Source: Terriglobia bacterium (GTDB lineage: Bacteria; Acidobacteriota; Terriglobia; Terriglobales; Acidobacteriaceae). Taken from it: DNA of 24,000 nt. Where the stretch lies: NCBI GenBank assembly GCA_963757835.1, contig CAVWSP010000017.1, forward strand, positions 37,671-61,670. The letters run 5' to 3'. The notes under the pieces were generated by a model. That model saw nothing but the letters and a program-made list of their open reading frames with translations. It had not been told where the DNA came from and did no database searches. Shown in pieces: positions 8,479-16,325 of this stretch; positions within the stretch are counted from its first letter, which is position 1, and each line of letters opens with the position of its first letter. Made by a program: the position numbers and the translations under genes.

Positions 8479-8527
8479 AGCGGAGCCTTGCTACGCTGGA
8501 CAGCCGGGGGCGGCTGTCCCGACGTGG
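8479..8527 (-). repeat. E2 palindromic repeat, single copy
   Basis: agcggagccttgctacgctggacagccgggggcggctgtcccgacgtgg. The hairpin is GGACAGCCG/CGGCTGTCC. Confidence 0.8.
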
Positions 8528-8594
8528 TTCGCGGCGGGCTTTGAGCTTTCTGCCGCCTTGTGCGACAATTCCTCGCCGCACGGGAGGAACATCA

Positions 8595-9068
8595 ATGTAC
8601 AAGCGCGTTTTGGTCACTTTAATCTGTGTGCTCGCCCTCAGTTTTTCTACTCTGGCCGCACCCAAGCCCAGGAAGACATCCAAGGCTGGCGCTCCAGACA
8701 AAGTCTATCTGCAGAAAATTCTGGATGGCTGGAGCGCCGGCAATGCCGCCGACATGGCCCAGTACTACGACCACGGCGACTACAACTTCTTTGACATTGC
8801 TCCCCTGAAGTACAGCAATTGGGCTGAGTACGAGAAGGGCGTGACTGAACTGCTCAAGGGGTACAAGAGCCTCAAGCTGACCCTGAACGATGATACCCAG
8901 GTGCACACCGACGGCAATCTGACCTGGGCCACCAGCACGGTCAAGGAAGATGCCGTCACCGCCGCCGGAAAACACGAAATGGCCACTTTGCGCTGGACCC
9001 TGATCTTTGAAAAGCAGGCGGGCAAGTGGATGATCGTCCACGAACACATGTCGGAGCCGGTGCAGTAG
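8595..9068 (+). CDS. exported SnoaL-like / DUF4440 (NTF2-fold) protein
   Basis: GGGAGGA RBS and signal peptide MYKRVLVTLICVLALSFSTLAAP. The pattern ...W.AGNAADMAQYY...TWATSTVKEDAV...ATLRWTLIFEKQAGKWMIVHEHMS is typical of the NTF2-like fold. Confidence 0.65.
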   Translation: MYKRVLVTLICVLALSFSTLAAPKPRKTSKAGAPDKVYLQKILDGWSAGNAADMAQYYDHGDYNFFDIAPLKYSNWAEYEKGVTELLKGYKSLKLTLNDDTQVHTDGNLTWATSTVKEDAVTAAGKHEMATLRWTLIFEKQAGKWMIVHEHMSEPVQ

Positions 9069-9074
9069 GCGAAG

Positions 9075-9148
9075 CAGAACGCAGACTGAAGACTGCAGAT
9101 TTCAGATTGAAGGATCGAGCGCGACCCGACAAATCTGAGATCTGCAAT
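9075..9148. repeat. heptad-periodic repeat H7 (convergent spacer), hairpin
   Basis: Left arm: cagaacg cagactg aagactg cagattt cagattg aaggatc (9075-9116). Opposite arm: ctgagat ctgcaat (9135-9148). Positions 9095-9108 pair with 9132-9145 (13 WC + 1 G.U). Confidence 0.8.
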
Positions 9149-9150
9149 TT

Positions 9151-9918
9151 CTACGCGTAAGCCCGGGCAAAGAAGTACGCGGTCATGCCGACCCCCACCA
9201 CGATCACAAATCCCCTGATCCAGGCTTGAGGCAACTTCTGGGCATAGTGGGCGCCAAAGTATCCGCCGATCAGTGCGCCCGCGATCACGACGATGCCCTG
9301 CCGCCAGTAGATCGCTCCCTTTAGGACGAACACCATCGCCGCTACGCCATTGATGGCCACCCCCAGAATGCTTTTGAGCGCATTCATGGCATGAATGTCG
9401 GTCATGCCGATGGCTGCCATCATGGCCAGGTTGACAATGCCCATGCCGCCGCCGAAGTAGCCGCCGTACACGGCAATGATCAATTCGAAGATCGCGGCGC
9501 CCACGATGGCCGCGGTCGTGATCTCGCGTCGGTCGCCGGCAGAACGGCGACGCGCCAGTCGGTTGCCGAAAATAAAAAGCAGGGTGGCGCCCATCATCAG
9601 CCAGGGCAGTACGCGCATGAAAGTGTGGGCGGGGGTCCGGAGCAGCAGAAACGCTCCGCCGATTCCACCGGCCACCCCGGCGGCCAGAAGCGGTACCAGC
9701 ATTCGTCTGGGCGCATCCAGCCGATTGCGATAGGCGCCCCCGCTGGCGGCCGCGCCCGTCCAGAGAGCGAGCGCGTTGGTAGTGTTGGCTGGAATAGGAG
9801 GGACGCCGACGAAAAGAAGCGCGGGAAAGGTCAGGAAACTGCCTCCCCCGGCCACCGCATTCAATGCCCCGCCGAGGATGCCGGCGACAAACAGAAAGAT
9901 GGCGTGCTCGAGAGTCAA
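9151..9918 (-). CDS. TauE/SafE (DUF81) family anion exporter/permease
   Basis: Multi-TM protein with GILGGALNAVAGGGSFLTFPALL and a repeated second half GAAIFELIIAVYGGYFGGGMG. The start is uncertain: TTG 9918 chosen, GTG 9978 possible. The ORF-track N-terminus (to 10125) is translated E1 repeat. Confidence 0.75.
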   Translation of the reverse strand: MTLEHAIFLFVAGILGGALNAVAGGGSFLTFPALLFVGVPPIPANTTNALALWTGAAASGGAYRNRLDAPRRMLVPLLAAGVAGGIGGAFLLLRTPAHTFMRVLPWLMMGATLLFIFGNRLARRRSAGDRREITTAAIVGAAIFELIIAVYGGYFGGGMGIVNLAMMAAIGMTDIHAMNALKSILGVAINGVAAMVFVLKGAIYWRQGIVVIAGALIGGYFGAHYAQKLPQAWIRGFVIVVGVGMTAYFFARAYA

Positions 9919-10084
9919 GGGTAAAGGTTTATCACAAGAGTTGATTGACCACGAAGCATGGAGGGCGCCAGTCTCCACGTTTCCGCGGCGTCGTTCCGAT
10001 TTTCGTCCTGCTACCGTTTCATGTTCCGCGCCGTCTGATGGCAAGGATATCCGCGGAGGAGCGATGGTCCAAGTCAACAAACCG

Positions 10085-10127
10085 AAGTCAACTTCAAAGG
10101 CGTCGGACAGGAGTGTCCGACCCACAC
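10085..10127 (+). repeat. E1 palindromic repeat, single copy
   Basis: aagtcaacttcaaaggcgtcggacaggagtgtccgacccacac. Confidence 0.85.
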
Positions 10128-10144
10128 ACAGGCGTGCCTCTGTA

Positions 10145-10699
10145 ATGATGGATTATGTCCAGATCTGGAAGCATTGCCGAATTGCCCTGATTTTCCTGAC
10201 CCTGACCTGTCTGGCCAGCGCCCGTCAGGGCAATGGGGCGGCGCAACCCAAGCCCTGTTCAGAGCCGGAACAGAAGCAACTCGAGTTCTGGGTAGGCGAA
10301 TGGGACCTTACGTGGCCGGGAAATAATCCGGCCGAAACCGCCCACGGAACCAACAGCATCCGGCGAATCCTCGACGGCTGCGTCGTGGAGGAAAATTTCT
10401 CCGGCGGCGAGGCCATGCATCTGCGGGGGCGGAGCGTATCCATTTACGACGTACGCGCGCGCAAATGGAAGCAGACATGGGTGGACAACGAGGGTGGATA
10501 CCTCGATTTCGCCGGCGAGTTCAAAGACGGACAGATGGTCCTGGGGCGGGAGGCTACTCGTCCTGACGGCAGCAAAGGCCTGCAGCGCATGGTCTTCAAA
10601 AACATCAGCCGTGATGAGTTCGACTGGAGTTGGGAAAGCTCGAAAGACGGCGGCAAGACGTGGACCGTCGCCTGGCCCATTCACTACAAGCGCAGGTGA
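10145..10699 (+). CDS. exported DUF1579-like protein (family assignment tentative)
   Basis: Signal peptide MMDYVQIWKHCRIALIFLTLTCLASA. EFWVGEWDLTW...ILDGCVVEENFSG...WKQTWVDNEGGYLDFAGEFKDGQMVL resembles DUF1579. Confidence 0.55.
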   Translation: MMDYVQIWKHCRIALIFLTLTCLASARQGNGAAQPKPCSEPEQKQLEFWVGEWDLTWPGNNPAETAHGTNSIRRILDGCVVEENFSGGEAMHLRGRSVSIYDVRARKWKQTWVDNEGGYLDFAGEFKDGQMVLGREATRPDGSKGLQRMVFKNISRDEFDWSWESSKDGGKTWTVAWPIHYKRR

Positions 10700-10702
10700 G
10701 GA

Positions 10703-10813
10703 CGGACGTCGGGCGTCAGGCGTCAGACATCGGCCCCAAAACTCCTAGGTTCTGCAGAGGATCATTGGCGCATCTGCCGGGTCTGAAGGCCGGGGTCCGC
10801 CGCCCGACGTCCG
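10703..10813. repeat. heptad-periodic repeat H8 (convergent spacer) with distal complementary arm
   Basis: cggacgt cgggcgt caggcgt cagacat cggcccc (10703-10737). Positions 10703-10715 are perfectly complementary (13 bp) to 10801-10813. Confidence 0.75.
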
Positions 10814-10824
10814 CCGTACGGTTC

Positions 10825-11196
10825 TTACCCGCCGAAGGTGCCGGTGGCAGCGGCGGCGCGCGACGAGACTCGCTCGCGAATGTCGCGGGCCTTGCTCGCT
10901 ATGTTGGTGCGGGTTTGTTCTCCACTCGCAGGAGCCAGCAGCAAGCCCAGGCCCACGCCGATGCCCAATCCCAGGAGCGCGGCGGTAGCGGTGCCGATGA
11001 CGTGGCTGTCTTCGCCACGAATGACGTCGCTGGCGCGGCTGACCCGGTCAGCGGCAGTTTCGTAGGTCTCCTGCGCTCTTGACCTCAAGTCCTCCACGGT
11101 GCCGCCCATGCGATTGCGCCAGGAATCCAGGAGATAGACTCCCGTACCCAACAGAATATTCATAAGAACTTTGTCTTTGCGTGATCTCATTTCCAT
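10825..11196 (-). CDS. YtxH-domain (general-stress-type) membrane-associated protein
   Basis: GLGIGVGLGLLLAPASGEQTRTNIASKARDIRERV matches the YtxH signature (G-rich TM + APxSGxxTR). AGAGG lies upstream of the ATG at 11196; an alternative ATG is at 11163. Confidence 0.6.
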   Translation of the reverse strand: MEMRSRKDKVLMNILLGTGVYLLDSWRNRMGGTVEDLRSRAQETYETAADRVSRASDVIRGEDSHVIGTATAALLGLGIGVGLGLLLAPASGEQTRTNIASKARDIRERVSSRAAAATGTFGG

Positions 11197-11405
11197 TACC
11201 TCTTCATAAGAATAAAGTCGCTGTTATCAAGATGCCAGAGTTGGGGGAGCGGTTGGCAGGCTTTTTTGCACAGGTTACAAGGACAAACCGCGCCCAATAC
11301 TTTTTTGGGAACCGGCCCACCAGGCTGTTGTATAGTTGCGATTACTTACTTTTACTTTCGTTCTGTTGCAAAACACGCGAAACCGCGCCAGAACTGGAGG
11401 CTGCG

Positions 11406-12572
11406 ATGAGTTTCAAGACCACGTGGGTGCTGGCGCTGCTGCTTTGCGTCCCCTTGGTGCGGGCGCAGACAGCGCCGGCGGCGTCCGACCAGATCGGATA
11501 CAAGGCGGCCGCCGACGCGGAGCAGAAGAAGACGCTGCTGCTGCGGGATTTCCATCCCATCCAGATGCTGCACGTGCCGGCGCACCAGATTCCCCGGGCC
11601 AAGTTCTACGTCATCGACGTGCACAATCACGTCAACGATGCGGCCGGAATTGACGAACACATGGATCCGAAACGGGTGGTCGAGGTCATGAACAACACCA
11701 ACGTGAAAACCGTGGTGATCCTGACCGGCATGTGGGGCGACAAGTTGCAGCACGTGATCGATGAAATGGTGAAGCCTTATCCAGGGCGGTTCATCGTGTT
11801 TACCCAACTTGACTGGAGCAAGGTTGACGACCCGGACTTCGGCCAGGAAATGGTACGGCAACTGGACGATGCCGTGGCCAGAGGCGCTCGCGGGCTCAAG
11901 TTTCTGAAAGACCTGGGGCTGGGGGTGCGGCTCAAGTCAGGCAAGCTTCTGGCGATCGACGATCCGCGACTGGATCCCGTCTGGCGTGAGTGCGGGCGCC
12001 TGGGCATTCCAGTCTCGATTCACACCGGCGATCCGGAAGCCTTCTTCCTGCCCACTGACGGCAAGAACGAACGCTATGAGGAATTGACCGAGCATCCTGA
12101 CTGGAGCTTTTACGGTCCGCAGTATCCCAAGCTGGAGGAGTTGCTGGAAGCGCGCAATCGGGTTTTTGCCCGCCATCCGGAGACCCATTTCGTTTCCCTG
12201 CATATGGGCTGGCCGGAGAACCTGCCCTGGGTATCGCGCATGCTCGATGAACATCCTAATGTCATGGTGGAATTCGGAGCACGCGAGGCTGAACTGGGCC
12301 GGCAGCCGCGGCAGACGCGCGACTTCTTCGTGAAATATCAGGACCGGGTCATGTTCGGCACCGACAACTCAATGGACGAGGAGATGTATCGCAACAACTT
12401 CCGCTGGCTGGAAACCGCGGACGAGTCGTTCGATTACTGGGGCCATCCGGGGCAGGGCCGGTGGGAAATTTACGGCCTCGACCTGCCGGACCCGGTGCTG
12501 GAAAAAATCTATCACTTGAACGCAGAGAAAATGTTCAGCCACTTCAAGGGCCTGGGCAAGGGAGCGAAATGA
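11406..12572 (+). CDS. exported metal-dependent amidohydrolase (Amidohydro_2/TIM-barrel type)
   Basis: GGAGG lies 5 nt upstream. Signal peptide MSFKTTWVLALLLCVPLVRAQT. Has the VIDVHNHV HxH motif, then ...PVSIHTGDP...MFGTDN. Its stop TGA overlaps the next gene's ATG (ATGA at 12569-12572). Confidence 0.75.
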   Translation: MSFKTTWVLALLLCVPLVRAQTAPAASDQIGYKAAADAEQKKTLLLRDFHPIQMLHVPAHQIPRAKFYVIDVHNHVNDAAGIDEHMDPKRVVEVMNNTNVKTVVILTGMWGDKLQHVIDEMVKPYPGRFIVFTQLDWSKVDDPDFGQEMVRQLDDAVARGARGLKFLKDLGLGVRLKSGKLLAIDDPRLDPVWRECGRLGIPVSIHTGDPEAFFLPTDGKNERYEELTEHPDWSFYGPQYPKLEELLEARNRVFARHPETHFVSLHMGWPENLPWVSRMLDEHPNVMVEFGAREAELGRQPRQTRDFFVKYQDRVMFGTDNSMDEEMYRNNFRWLETADESFDYWGHPGQGRWEIYGLDLPDPVLEKIYHLNAEKMFSHFKGLGKGAK

Positions 12573-14807
12573 TAAATACTGAGAGCTGGGGAAAAATCCT
12601 GCTGCGTCGGGCACGCCTTCGTGGCGTGCTCCTGGCGCTCACCGTATTCTTGCTGAGCACCGGTTGCAGTCGTCCGCCGGCCAAGACAGAAACCGCCGCG
12701 CCGGAGCCATCTTCGCAGATCAAAGTCGAGGTCAAGCAGGGTGGGCCCATTGTGCTGACCACGAGTACAGCCGAGTTTCAGATATCGCCGTCAGGATACA
12801 TACAGGCGGCGCTGCTCAAAGGCGACCAGAGGCTCACACTGGACCAGGCCGGAGCGGGCGGCAGTGATGTGCTGGTGCTCGATGGCAAACCGGTTCCGTT
12901 CACCCTGGACCTGGGTGCGGCCAAGGTCGAGGACAGCGTGGGCAAGCTGGGCCGCGGTAAGCGTCTGGAGATTCCGGCGCAGGCCCCTTCCGGCTCCAAC
13001 ATCCAGCGCACGCTGCAGGTCGAAGTTTATGACGCGTTTCCCAACCTGCTGCTCTCGAGTGCAGCATATAAGAACGCCGGCACACAGGACGTTCACATCG
13101 ACAGCGTGGTCGAGCAGCAGCACAAATTCGATGCCGGCCTGGCGCAGAAGAATGCAAAGCCGTATGACATGTGGAGCTACCAGGGGGCAAGCTACGACTG
13201 GGGAAAGGACGACGTCTTAAAACTGGGCCACAACTTCGCACAACCCAACCTGATGGGCGCGGCGGTGAAAGGCGGCTATGGCGGCGGGATTCCGGTAGTC
13301 GCATTCTGGACGGGCTCGGTAGGCGAAGCTGTGGGTCACGTAGAAACCTTGCCGCTGACTTTGTCACTGCCGGTCAAGGTCGGGGCCGACGGTGGCGTGA
13401 ACGCGGGCATTGACATCGCTGCCGATACCACACTGAAGCCCGGGGAAACTTATTCCACGCCGCGCAGTTTTGTTTCCGTGTACTCCGGCGATTTTTATGA
13501 GCCGCTGCATCTGTGGTCGAGCGTGCTGCAGAAAGAAGGATGGGAAATCCCCAAGCCTTCAGGCGAAGCCTACAACGTGAGCTGGTGCGGCTGGGGTTAT
13601 GAATTCAACGTCACTCCGGCGGAGATGCTGGGCACGGTGCCGAAGTTAAAGGAGTTTGGCATCAAGTGGGCCACTCTGGACGATCGCTGGTTTGACACTT
13701 ATGGAGACTGGAATCCCCGTGCGGACACCTTTCCCGGCGACTCCATCAAGAAAATGACGGATGACTTCCATAAGCAGGGCATGCTGGTGCAGCTGTGGTG
13801 GTTACCGCTGGGGGTGGAAGACGGGCAGGGCAGATGGGAGTCGCACAAATATATCGTGTCGAAGATTGCGCAGGAGCATCCGGAGTGGCTCATCCTCGAC
13901 AAGAACGGCAAACATGCGCGCATGACCCGCGACCTGGCGACGCTGTGTCCGGCGGTCCCTGAGGTGCAGGCGTACTTCAAGAAGCTGACTGAGAAATTTA
14001 TCGGCGAATGGGGCTTCGATGGATCGAAGCTGGACAATATCTACAGCGTGCCCATGTGCTACAACCCGGCGCATCATCACAAGTCTCCGCAGGATTCGGT
14101 CAACGCCATGGCCGACGTGTACAAGACAATTTTTCAGACCAGCCGAGCGCTGAAGCCGGAGAGCGTGACCCAGAGCTGTCCCTGCGGCACGCCGCCCTCA
14201 CTGGCCTGGCTGCCGTTTATCGACCAGGCAGTGACGGCTGATCCGGTGGGCGCAATCCAGGTGCGCCGCCGCATCAAGATGTACAAAGCGCTGCTGGGGC
14301 CGGAGTCCGCGGTGTATGGCGATCACGTCGAACTCTCGACCATGGATCGCATCGGGAACAACTGGCGCGAGCACGGTGAAGATTTCGCTTCCACCATCGG
14401 CCCCGGCGGCGTGGTAGGAACAAAGTTTGTATGGCCCGATCCCGGACCCGAAATACAAGGCCGTGGCCCTCACCCCGGAGAAGGAAGCACACTGGAAGAA
14501 GTGGATCGGTATTTACAACCAGAAGATGCTTTCGAAGGGAACGTTCCGCAATCTCTACGTTTACGGGTACGACACGCCGGAAGCTTACGCCATCGAAAAA
14601 GACGGCAAGATGTACTACGCGTTTTTCGCTCCCTCGTCCGCACCGTGGAAGGGCGAGATCGAACTGCGCGGGCTTACACCCGGCAGTTATCACGTTCGCG
14701 CCTATGCTGAAGACAAAGACCTGGGAACGGTAGAAGCCACGGCGGATGCGGCTCCCCGGCTCAAAACGGAATTCAAAGACCATTTGTTGCTGGAAGTGAG
14801 CCCGTAG
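12569..14807 (+). pseudogene. clan GH-D (GH27/36-like) alpha-galactosidase-family lipoprotein, reading frame broken by a +1 shift between 14418 and ~14451 (true frameshift or homopolymer sequencing error)
   Basis: Lipobox-like signal MINTESWGKILLRRARLRGVLLALTVFLLSTGC. Barrel motifs WATLDDRWF..YGDW..TFPG, GMLVQLWWLPLG, HPEWLILD, GFDGSKLDN. The upstream frame turns into Arg-rich nonsense after ~14450. The protein-like C-terminus (DPKYKAVALTPEKEAHWKKWIGIYNQKML...YYAFFAP...LLLEVSP) continues in the +1 frame to 14807. Total length of 2239 nt is 3n+1. Confidence 0.7.
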
Positions 14808-14826
14808 ATTCGTGTTTGTGTAGGCA

Positions 14827-14965
14827 GATCACGTGGGGACAGCCGCCCTCGGCTGTCCAGTGGAGCGGAGCTCTACAATAATTTTCAGTCCGCCCACATT
14901 TTTATTCTGGGGAATCGTCGAGCTGTGCTCGACCGGACATCCGAGGGCGGCTGTCCCCACGTGAT
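14827..14965. repeat. E2 inverted doublet, MITE/REPIN-like (139 bp)
   Basis: The termini gatcacgtggggacagccgccctcggctgtcc (14827-14858) and ggacatccgagggcggctgtccccacgtgatc (14934-14965) are inverted repeats, 31 of 32 identical. Inner gtcgagc..gctcgac module; AT-richer centre. Confidence 0.85.
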
Positions 14966-14978
14966 CCTGGGTCGAAAA

Positions 14979-15018
14979 GCAAAGTCAAAGGCGTCGGACA
15001 GGAGTGTCCGACCCACAC
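14979..15018 (+). repeat. E1 palindromic repeat, single copy (overlaps the 3' end of the PfkB gene)
   Basis: gcaaagtcaaaggcgtcggacaggagtgtccgacccacac. Confidence 0.85.
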
Positions 15019-15953
15019 GAGCGCAGGAAGTGTTCGCGATATTCTTTGTCGCGGAAGGCTTCGGTGCCCCCTGGCCGGGTCACGGAAAGAGCGCCGGCGC
15101 GGTTGCCGCTAGCCAGGCAGGCTGGCAGATCTGAGCCTCGGAGATATTCGTGCAGAAAGCCGGCATCGAAGCTGTCGCCGGCGCCGACTGCATCGACTTC
15201 GGTGACATTCAGTGAAGGGCTGGTAAAGCGCTCTTTCCCCCGCTGTGCCAACGCACCTTCATGACCGAGTTTTACCACTACAAGTGGAACCATTTCGGCC
15301 AGTTGCCGGATGGCTTTTTCCGGATCCTCGGTTCCGGTGATCCTGGTAGCCTCGCGCGCATTGGGTAGCAGCACATCAACATATTTCAGCAAGTCCTTCA
15401 CCCCGCCGTCCCAGAGGTCCTGCGGATCGTCGTTGGTATCGAGAGAGATGGTGAGGCCCGCCGCCTTCAGCCGGCGGAAAAGTTCGCCAAGGTCGGGCTG
15501 CAGAGCCTGCTGCAAATAGAGCGACGAGAGATGAAAATGGCGGGAGTCCGAAAGGTAGTCGAAGTCGAGATCTTTCAAGGACAGTTCAGCGATCGTCCCC
15601 GGGTAAGTCAGTATGTTGCGCCAGCCCGTGCGTTGCAGCATGATGGTAATTCCGGTCGTGGTCGAGCCGCGGGCACGATGAACTTGTGAAACGTCCACGC
15701 CGCCTTCGGCCAGGCGGTCGAGCGCGATCTTTCCCAGCGGATCGTCGCCAATCAGCGACTGGAAGCCTACCTTGCTCCCTAACGCGGCCAGATTGTGGGC
15801 CACGATGGCGGAAGAACTGCCCAGGGTAAGCATCATGCGGTCGGCCAGGAGCTCGCGCTCGGGCGCAAGCACATCAGGCAGGCCGTAAAGGATGAGGTCG
15901 AGGTTCAGTTCTCCGGCGATGGTGACGTCAAAACGTGGCATGTGAGCGGACAT
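14985..15953 (-). CDS. PfkB-family carbohydrate kinase (ribokinase-like)
   Basis: VTIAGELNLDLI at the N-terminus and the C-terminal PfkB signature VDAVGAGDSFDAGFLHEYL...GNRAGALSVTRPGG. The start is ATG 15953 or 15941. The longer ORF-track start would overlap the tRNA. The last 11 codons plus the stop are E1 repeat sequence. Confidence 0.85.
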   Translation of the reverse strand: MSAHMPRFDVTIAGELNLDLILYGLPDVLAPERELLADRMMLTLGSSSAIVAHNLAALGSKVGFQSLIGDDPLGKIALDRLAEGGVDVSQVHRARGSTTTGITIMLQRTGWRNILTYPGTIAELSLKDLDFDYLSDSRHFHLSSLYLQQALQPDLGELFRRLKAAGLTISLDTNDDPQDLWDGGVKDLLKYVDVLLPNAREATRITGTEDPEKAIRQLAEMVPLVVVKLGHEGALAQRGKERFTSPSLNVTEVDAVGAGDSFDAGFLHEYLRGSDLPACLASGNRAGALSVTRPGGTEAFRDKEYREHFLRSCGSDTPVRRL

Positions 15954-16031
15954 TATAGATGCTGTCTGGGATGCGTGGCGCGCGGAAAAGTGGCCACGGA
16001 TTTGCGCGGATTTACACGGATAAAGCAGGAA

Positions 16032-16108
16032 TGGTGGACCCGGAGAGACTTGAACTCCCAACCCCTGCGTTCGAAGCGCAGTGCTCTATCCAGTTGAGCT
16101 ACGGGTCC
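16032..16108 (-). tRNA. tRNA-Arg (anticodon UCG), CCA encoded
   Basis: Reverse complement GGACCCGTAGCTCAACTGGATAGAGCACTGCGCTTCGAACGCAGGGGTTGGGAGTTCAAGTCTCTCCGGGTCCACCA. Has a 7-bp acceptor stem GGACCCG/CGGGTCC, D arm GCTC..GAGC, anticodon stem CTGCG/CGCAG with loop CT-TCG-AA, and T loop TTCAAGT. Confidence 0.93.
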
Positions 16109-16255
16109 CGGTTGGCGGAACGGCTTGCACAGTAACATTGTAGTGCAGGCGCGCCAACCTTCGCTCGACCGGACAGCTACGCGGTACGGCGAATGAAGAT
16201 CTGCCCTTACTGAATCCAGTCACACTGGGTGTCTTAGGGCATCGAACTCTAACAG

Positions 16256-16281
16256 GTAGCGCCGGCGGGCGCCGGCGCTAC
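16256..16281. other. GC-rich perfect palindrome (12-bp arms)
   Basis: gtagcgccggcg-gg-cgccggcgctac, located between the tRNA-Arg upstream region and dinB. Function unknown. Confidence 0.6.
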
Positions 16282-16325
16282 CCTCCCCGTTGCAGATAGA
16301 CTGATTGATTGTCGAGGTGTAGCCG

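Noticed and set aside
8150-8794. ORFs 8150-8794, 8286-8471, 8293-8544, 8309-8701 and 8101-8412 in the rplU upstream region
   Set aside because: They run through the E1 and E2 repeats. Peptides such as SVRPT, GRTLLSDA and GGCPDV are repeat translations. The ORFs are mutually overlapping and the region holds the rplU promoter and leader.
14418-14455. Programmed +1 ribosomal frameshift in the GH-D gene
   Set aside because: There is no slippery or hungry-codon context such as CUU-UGA, no in-frame stop at the shift site and no upstream SD-like stimulator. An indel in a C run is the simpler explanation.
15954-16061. N-terminal extension of the PfkB ORF (start at 16061), and analogous ORF-track extensions (517-642, 8130-8231, 9919-10125, 9776-10144, 11181-11405, 12461-12568, 18402-18554, 19792-19923)
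   Set aside because: The extension overlaps the tRNA-Arg gene or is repeat or intergenic sequence. Internal starts give proper signal peptides and/or RBSs and match family N-termini.
11400-16108. tRNA-Arg-associated genomic island to the left of the tRNA 3' end
   Set aside because: No integrase, no direct repeat of the tRNA 3' half anywhere in the window, and no mobility genes. Accessory character alone is insufficient.
16109-16175. Promoter for tRNA-Arg: TACAAT on the minus strand at 16142-16137
   Set aside because: The -10-like hexamer sits 28 nt upstream of the mature 5' end. No acceptable -35 lies at 16-18 nt spacing, because TTGGCG is only 9 nt away. Too weak to annotate.
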